From Batkoa obscura (Eukaryota), in the NCBI GenBank assembly GCA_030770535.1, contig JASVEC010000010.1:124001-188000 (forward strand): DNA of 64,000 nucleotides, given 5' to 3'. The position numbers and the translations under genes were made by a program. The notes under the pieces were generated by a model. It searched no databases. It saw nothing but the letters and a program-made list of their open reading frames with translations, and was not told the origin of the DNA. Of this stretch, positions 57,100-64,000 are shown in pieces; position 1 is the first letter of the stretch, and every line of letters begins with the position of its first letter.

Positions 57100-59160
57100 T
57101 CTAATTTTAAATACCTTAACTTACTAAACCCTTATTTAACTTGCATATTTACCAAAAAAAATTGAAGGTGAAGAATTTACTACCTCAACTAACTGTGAGA
57201 TACCTTAAGCCGATGAGCAAGTATCAATTAAGTCATAGTTTTATAACTAATACTCTAAATACTCAACAAAATCCAGGTAAATATACTTTAAGCTTTATTA
57301 AAAAGCACCAATTAAGGAGGTCTACAGATAGTTATAGAGCATGGGATAAACCAGAGCTAGGATCGAACGCTGGTAGTCTAAAGGGAGTAATATCTTTTGG
57401 ATTTGTTTTTTATAGCACCGGCTTTGTCTTGTCAAAATAATTGTAGTAGCAAGTTTTTTTTAATAAAGCCCTGGGTCTACTAACCTGATTACTATACAAA
57501 AAAGTTTCCGAATCCATTTGATTTAAGTGAAAGTATAGAATCAACTAATAAATCCGAAGAGGATATTTGGAAGTCTATAAAAACTGAGTTGCACAGTGGA
57601 CTGGATTAGCTAGAATTTTTTTAAATAATACAATGGAGTATGATAAAACTGCTTACAATTTGATAACTACTAGCTGTTTAGTTCTTTAAGCATTTAAAAT
57701 ATGCAAATTATAACCCTTTTTATATATTCATTTTCCTTACCATCCCACTTCAAATAAACATTACAGTCTATCAGTAAGTACTCTCATTTACAAAGATCTG
57801 TGACATTTGAGGATTAATACGAGGATGTTTTTTTTGGTTTCATCGCTTTCTCTCTTTTTGAGCGCTATTTAAGCAGAAAGATTGTTAGTAAAATCCTCAA
57901 ATAAAAGAATACATCTCCATATGGGGATGTGTTTTTTTGTTTAAGGATTTTACTACAATCTTTATACGTTTTCTTTATAGAACCATAAACCATTAGTATA
58001 AGATGGTTAAGATTTATGCTAGTATATATTTTTTATTAAAAATAATTTTCATTTTAATATCTTAACTTTCCTGAGCTCTAATCTAACCTATATATTTATC
58101 AATACGATATTTAAAGCGAATTTGCTAACTCAGTTAACCCTAAAGCGCCTCAAGCCTATAAGCAAGTACCAACTAAATTGTTGTATCATAAATAACACTC
58201 TAAAGACTCATCGAATGTCTGAAAAGCCTAACTTGAATTTCATTAAAGAAAACCTACAAAAAAGGACCATGCCAATTTATACACCCAATAATAGACCAGA
58301 GCTGGGATCTAGTCCTAGAACCTTGGGAGAAGCTTATGCTTTACACTTGTAATTTCTAGTTTAATTGTTACGGGATTAGCTTTAACCTGTCAACATAAAT
58401 AGCAAGTTAGTAAAAGCCCCAAAAAGTTGGTGTCTATCAACCCAGAGCCTACTAACTCGTTTCCATTACTTTTAGACAAGTTTGAAAAATTACTTGGTTT
58501 GGATGAAGGTATAATATCAATTAATGGAACTGAATTAAGCGTTGTAAAATTCATACATACATATATATATATTTGAGTGATGGACTCGAATATCTAAAAA
58601 AATAATCAAACAAGGCAATCAAATATGAAAAGATTGTTTACTATTTAATAGCTGTCAGCTGCTTGGTTTTCTTAGCTTGTCAAATTCCAAAACTGCAATC
58701 TTTTTTTACACCCGTTTTGTTTATCACCCCACTTCAAATAGATAATACACTCTATTAACAAGTACCTTCGCCCATAATAATCTATTGCACTTGGGGCTTA
58801 ATATGGTCGCTCTGGAATCTTTTGCTAGAATAACATGCCTTATGTTTGGCGTTGAACAATTTCTGGTCTTTTATTTAAGTAGGTGATGATAGCTACTTTA
58901 GGGCGACGAACAGCTATTAAAGCTTTACCCAAGGTTCATAATGGCTCAAAGTTAAGCCCTAGTATAGGAGAATCTGGGTCTATCTTTGTTTCAATAGGTT
59001 ATACTACACACAATCTTCCAAATAAAAAGTTTAGCGTTGTCACTATACCTTTTCTTGAATTTAGTTTAAAACACTTATTGGTCTTCTTTATGGGACTAGA
59101 TTTTGTTGGGATTGTTGGAGGATGGAAAGCAATTGATCATTGTGTAAGTATCTATTTTTA
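57100..59160. pseudogene. Tandemly duplicated, stop-riddled coding-like relic of unknown origin
   Basis: ~57100-57818 and ~58050-58800 are homologous (QLTVRYLKPMSKYQL / QLTLKRLKPISKYQL; ccagagct.ggatc; cccacttcaaata). No intact frame on either strand. Confidence 0.4.
57821..57961. mobile_element. MITE (57821-57918) followed by a truncated MITE (57923-~57961)
   Basis: GAGGATGTT...ACATCTCC-ATAT-GGGGATGTG... Confidence 0.82.
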
Positions 59161-60244
59161 AAATTTTAATTTCATTTACCATTTTTAGGCGCGTTTTATT
59201 AAAGCTTTGTTTGGATTGTTATATGCCAAATATGGCAGCGATTGGATTTGGATTCCAATTCAAAAGAAAGTTTTTTGATATTATGGATTTATTAGAAAAA
59301 CAAAATCAGAAATAATACAGCTATTAAAGCTCAATTAAGCATTTTTTATAGAAATTATTCGGCTTCTATTTGTTTAAATGCTTTATAAAAAGTCTATTCC
59401 TTCAGTTTTAATAAAATTTGTATCAAAACTCTTATTTCTGAATAATTAGTAAAATGGTGCACATTTGAAACTTAACAGTTGGTTAATAAAAATGTTAGGC
59501 TTTAAATGAGCTTTACTTTTTTAAAAGCCATAAATCGTTTGTAGAAATGAAACAATTATTATTTAGCCTTATTTAGTTTTAAATATCAACTAGGTGAAGC
59601 CGAGAACATACCTTATAAATACAATATTTGGATTATAACAAGTAAGATGATCTCAAAAGTTTACTTTTACTTCAGGGATAGATTACTTAAACTATCATGA
59701 AGAGTATTTTTTGCAATTGATTATTTTTGTTGTGTAAAAGTTAAGAGTATCCGAATTTACAAAAGTTAGGAGCCTCATTTTCAACCATGTAAGTATATTA
59801 ATCTTTAACCCTTAATCACATATACTATCATCTGGTCTGCGCTTTTTAACTTTCTATACAGAATTTTATTTAATGCTCTATTTATATTATTTTATAGCTT
59901 TGGTAACATTAAGCTATAAAAATATATTTTCATGCACTCCTTTGTTTTCCTCTTATATCGAGAATTTTAATTTCCCACCCTTTATGAATGGAAAGAATTT
60001 AAGAATCTAGCAGCTGAACGGTATTCACGTTTTTAGTTTTGGATATTCTATTTTCTTCAAAAATAATTTAAGTTATTGTTTTTTATGAGAAAATTCTTAA
60101 TAAAAAATACAAAATGATCACAAGATTTTTTAGACCCGCTTCATCATAATCTGCTAAAGAATAGGATTAGTTTATGCTATTTTCAGAAAGCCTAAATACT
60201 ATATAAATAAAGAAAATAGGTCATATATATTATTAAAAAATACA

Positions 60245-61297
60245 ATGTTAAAAATTATCAAGTTGTTTACGTTTGCTTTATGTATATGTACTACTGCTAC
60301 ATACAAAGTCAATGCTAGGAATGAATCATCAGCTTCAGTAGTCAGTGTTAGGCGGGCAGTTTCGCCCGAAGGCAGTAACTTTCTAATAGCGGACGTAGCT
60401 GCCTTTACAAAAGATATATTTGCCCCTAGTCTTATTCAAGACTTTTATAAAGTATTTGTGCAACTGCCGCCGAAGAAATTGGTGTCACCAAGAAATGTTA
60501 AGCATGGCACCATTGAAGATATCCGTAAGAATTTAGTTCGCTCCTTAATTTCTACATGTCCAGCAGAAAAGATCCTCAACCAACAATGCCTTTGTGAACA
60601 AACCTATACAAATATTAAGATTTTCCAAAATGATGATTTTGATTCTTTAGTAACTGTTGCTACAGATGAACAGGATAAATTAATTCTTGTTTCTTATCGT
60701 GCTTCATTAACTGCTCAAAATTGGGTTACTAATTTCGAATATCCCATGGTTGATTTACCTACTGCAAAAGAGGGTGTGAAAGTACATCATGGGTTTTATT
60801 CCAATTACCTTTCCAGCTATTTCCCTGTACGTAATGCTGTTATTGAATTACTTGATAATCCTATATACAAAAATTTTACGCTACATATAACTGGATATAG
60901 TCTAGGAGCTTCAACTGCAACAATCTCTCTTCCAGATTGGGTTTCTCTTCTTAAATCAAGGTATGATCATAGAAAGATAGAAGCCTATGCTTACGCTTCT
61001 CCTCGTCCAGGAAATGAAGGATTTGCCCAATATATTGCAGATTTGAATGTACCAATAACTAGATACTCTAATAGGAATGATGTTGTTCCTCAACTTGGAC
61101 CAAGGTCTGGCGGCTTTGTCCATGCTGCACCAGAAATTCATGAAAGATATATTGGATTTGGTAGAACCGAACTAATTGAATGTAGCCAGGAGTATGATGA
61201 AGATCCAAATTGTGGTTATAAAGAAAACTTCCCAGTGTCATTAGCTATGCATTTGGCACCTTTAAATGGATTAATACCCTTACCCCCTTACTGCTAA
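60245..61297 (+). CDS. Secreted class 3 lipase
   Basis: Signal peptide; ILVSYRAS, KVHHGFY, nucleophile elbow ITGYSLGA, YASPRPGN, RNDVVPQL, FVH, C-terminal His. Confidence 0.9.
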   Translation: MLKIIKLFTFALCICTTATYKVNARNESSASVVSVRRAVSPEGSNFLIADVAAFTKDIFAPSLIQDFYKVFVQLPPKKLVSPRNVKHGTIEDIRKNLVRSLISTCPAEKILNQQCLCEQTYTNIKIFQNDDFDSLVTVATDEQDKLILVSYRASLTAQNWVTNFEYPMVDLPTAKEGVKVHHGFYSNYLSSYFPVRNAVIELLDNPIYKNFTLHITGYSLGASTATISLPDWVSLLKSRYDHRKIEAYAYASPRPGNEGFAQYIADLNVPITRYSNRNDVVPQLGPRSGGFVHAAPEIHERYIGFGRTELIECSQEYDEDPNCGYKENFPVSLAMHLAPLNGLIPLPPYC

Positions 61298-61628
61298 TTA
61301 ATAAATAACTTTAATTTTTTAAAAACAATTGATAGAACTTTATTGGCTTTATCGTTGTAAATAGTTTATTGTCTTTAGCTAAAAATTCAATATACAAAAT
61401 GTATAACCTTCTGGAATCATTTTTGGAAATCGAACAATAAAACAAAAAGTTGTAAATAAAAATATGTTATATTGTTTATACGATATAACATAATACTTTT
61501 ATATTTTACAACTTGGTATTTTAAAACCATGGCTACTAAATTTAAAAACACAAAAATTGAATTTTCCAAAGATTTTTTTTTAAAATTATATACCTGAAGG
61601 AATGTTTATTAAAACTAAAAGAATAAAT

Positions 61629-61722
61629 GGGATATTTTCTTGGGTTCATCACTTTTTTCATTTTTTAAGCGGTATTTGAGTGGAAAGATTGGTAGTAAAA
61701 TTCCTGAACACGATACATCCCC
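61629..61722. mobile_element. MITE
   Basis: AAAT-GGGATATT...GATACATCCCC-AAAT. Confidence 0.85.
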
Positions 61723-62290
61723 AAATTATTACCCTTATGGAAAAACTTATTTTAAAATCTAATTAAAACTGATTGCATTTAAGTGCCTTTATTTTTTTAC
61801 TTTGTAGTTAAAATAAGTTATCGAATTAAAATTATTATTATCATTACAAAGATAGTAACAAAAATTATTTAACTACAAGTACTATAGATGAAAATTGTGT
61901 CAAATTTCTGTTAATCAAAATTGTATTATCACAAGCATTGCTTGCACGGTTTAAATGAATCAACTCTTTAGGTATTGAGAGCTTCAAAGAATACTGATCC
62001 AGTTGGGATTAAATCGATTAGAAAGTATGGTCCAATCAAACATAATTTTTTGAGATGTTTAATACTTAAAGGGTTAAGGGAATTGGATAGCTAAATAACT
62101 CAATAGTTTATAGTCTTTCTAAATATAATTCAAGTGTGTAAGTTCCAAAACAATTGTTTATTTAGGAATTTATAAACATAAAATCGCCTATTTATATTAT
62201 AAAATTTGTTAACACACTTTAAATGACATTTGGTAATGAAATAATAGTAGTGACATATGTTTAAATTCTAGGCTTTTATCTTCAACATGT

Positions 62291-62384
62291 AGAGATGTTT
62301 TTTTGATTTCATCATTTTTTTCATTTTGAGCATTGTTTGAGTGAAAATATTTTCTAGTATTTAAATACGTACTGAAAATACCCT
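62291..62384. mobile_element. Degraded MITE
   Basis: AGAGATGTTTTTTTGATTTCATCATTTTTTTCATTTTGAGC...AAAATACCCT. Confidence 0.55.
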
Positions 62385-62489
62385 ATTTTGTCTAGTTTTA
62401 TTAGCATTTACTCAATTATTAAATAATTTTTGAATTAATATCTTTTTATGTTTGAGCTTCCTATAGCTTATATTGCGAACTGAATATAT

Positions 62490-62621
62490 AAAATAATTCT
62501 GAAAGTTAGAGAGATGTAAATCTAATTCATAGAGCCATCAAATTATATGAACCATTGTCAGCGTGGATGGCACAGCCTAATAGCATTAGATTTATATCTT
62601 TCTAACTTTTAAAATTATTTT
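62490..62621. repeat. Inverted repeat with ~36-bp arms
   Basis: aaataattctgaaagttagagagatgtaaatctaat / attagatttatatctttctaacttttaaaattattt. Confidence 0.7.
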
Positions 62622-62724
62622 CTACTTCTGAAGTTAGGATCCGATATAATACTTTAATTATTATTCTCAAATAAATAATAAATCAATAAAATTTTAACTT
62701 ATTCAATATAAATAAATAAGATAT

Positions 62725-64000
62725 GGGGCTGTCCTAATTGGTTTCAGAATTTACTTAGAAATTAATCCAAATTTTAAAATTTTAAATTTGTGTCTAATAT
62801 GACGGTTAAATCTAAAAAGCTTAAATTAAATGTCTCTATTTAAAACTTATTTTAATTGTTTCCTTTTCTTAAATAACTAATTTTCCTAATTATATGTTTT
62901 ATGTTAGTTCTGTTAGATGTTTAACAGATACATAATATATAACTATATGATTATATAATTATACAAATACAGTTATTTGACTTTATTTTTTGTTGAAATA
63001 AAAATAAAATGCAAACTTTCATAACTAAACTTCGAAATGGAATTTTTGAAAATTTCAATACAATAAGGAGGAGTACACAATATAAACATTGTAATTCATT
63101 TACATCAATTTTAAAAACTACTTATAACAACCCAAGGTTTATGGAATTTTATAATAAAACAAAACAAAGAAAAGATATATTATCAAAGTTTACTATCGAT
63201 AATAATAAACTTAATCAAGTAATGTATAAAATTAGTGCTTTAAGGGAAACAGGAAACAAAAGTCAGCAAGTAGCGTTATTATCAACTATAGCTTCAGTAT
63301 ATTCTTTTGATGAATGTAAGAGTTTTGGGTTTAATATAAACAGAAATCAATATGATTATTCAAAAACAAGTAATAATAATAAAATATCAACATTAAAACC
63401 TATTATTAAAAATACAAAAAAAATTAAAGATGACCAAATTGAAACTATCATACAATATTTACTAAATGATTCAACTATTTCATCAAGATTTAATAAAAAA
63501 AATAACGATAGTAAATATTCATCAGATAATATATATATTAAATAAAAGTAGAAGAATGATATATAGTAAATATTTGAATGATCTAAGAGATAAAGCAGTA
63601 GCTAGGTCAACGTTCTTTAAATATATACCAAGTAATTTCAAAAATCCAGCAAGAAAAACGGATCTATGTAATATATGTACCCAGTATACAGTTAGAAAAA
63701 AGTTATTTGAAAATAAAATAAATACAGCAAAAAACAAAGCAGAGATACAAGAAATTTTCAATGAAGAAGAAAAATTATATAAATTACATAAATTTTGTGT
63801 TGATACTCAAAAAAACACATTTAATGAAACTATCAAAAAATTAAATAACAAAAGTTGTATAATAGTTTTAGATTTTAAACAAAATATGGAAATAGGGACA
63901 AGACCAGATTCAATAAATCTAGATCATTATAATAAACAAGCTATATCAGTATTAGGCTTTGGTGTATTATACTTAAAAGATGATAAAACAATAGGCAAAG
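62725..64000 (+). mobile_element. Sola-like DNA transposon, left end and transposase gene; continues past the window
   Basis: Left TIR ATAT-GGGGCTGTCC, homologous to the derivatives at 3376 and 39504; transposase-like ORF from 63009. Confidence 0.8.
63009..64000 (+). pseudogene. Transposase (Sola-like), frameshifted at ~63535
   Basis: ORF 63009-63545 continues in another frame from 63541 to the edge: RSTFFKYIP...KTDLCNIC...LHK...Q...CIIVLDFKQN...HYNKQAISVLG (Cys/His Zn motif followed by a candidate first catalytic Asp). Confidence 0.7.

Noticed and set aside
1..64000. tRNA, rRNA or snRNA genes; prokaryotic or contaminant origin
   Set aside because: No RNA gene recognised by eye (a covariance-model scan would be needed to exclude one). 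Spliceosomal introns and eukaryote-specific genes, with the same MITEs throughout, including beside the YcnI genes, argue against bacterial contamination.

Overview
AT-rich eukaryotic genomic DNA with short (~40-60 nt) GT-AG spliceosomal introns. Gene content and base composition suggest an early-diverging fungus, possibly Zoopagomycota (inference only). The window contains the 5' part of an ABCB/MDR transporter and a small acylated SH3-like protein. It has two tandem secreted, probably GPI-anchored YcnI/DUF1775-type His-brace copper-binding proteins, four acid sphingomyelinase-like paralogs, an OPT/YSL transporter and a class 3 lipase. A block of intron-containing housekeeping genes encodes Mex67/NXF1, a Pho85-type cyclin, 3-hydroxyisobutyrate dehydrogenase, an RNPS1-like SR protein and a divergent AP-4 epsilon-like adaptin. 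Mobile DNA includes an intact, very recent Ty3/Gypsy element with identical 400-bp LTRs, a CCTC TSD, a -1 frameshift signal and a degenerate dUTPase-like domain, plus a related solo LTR. There is also a Sola-like DNA transposon family present at three levels: a transposase-bearing copy at the right edge, two deletion derivatives and about 20 ~100-bp MITEs with GGGGATGT...ACATCCCC ends and AWWT target duplications. All family assignments come from motif recognition by eye, not from database searches.
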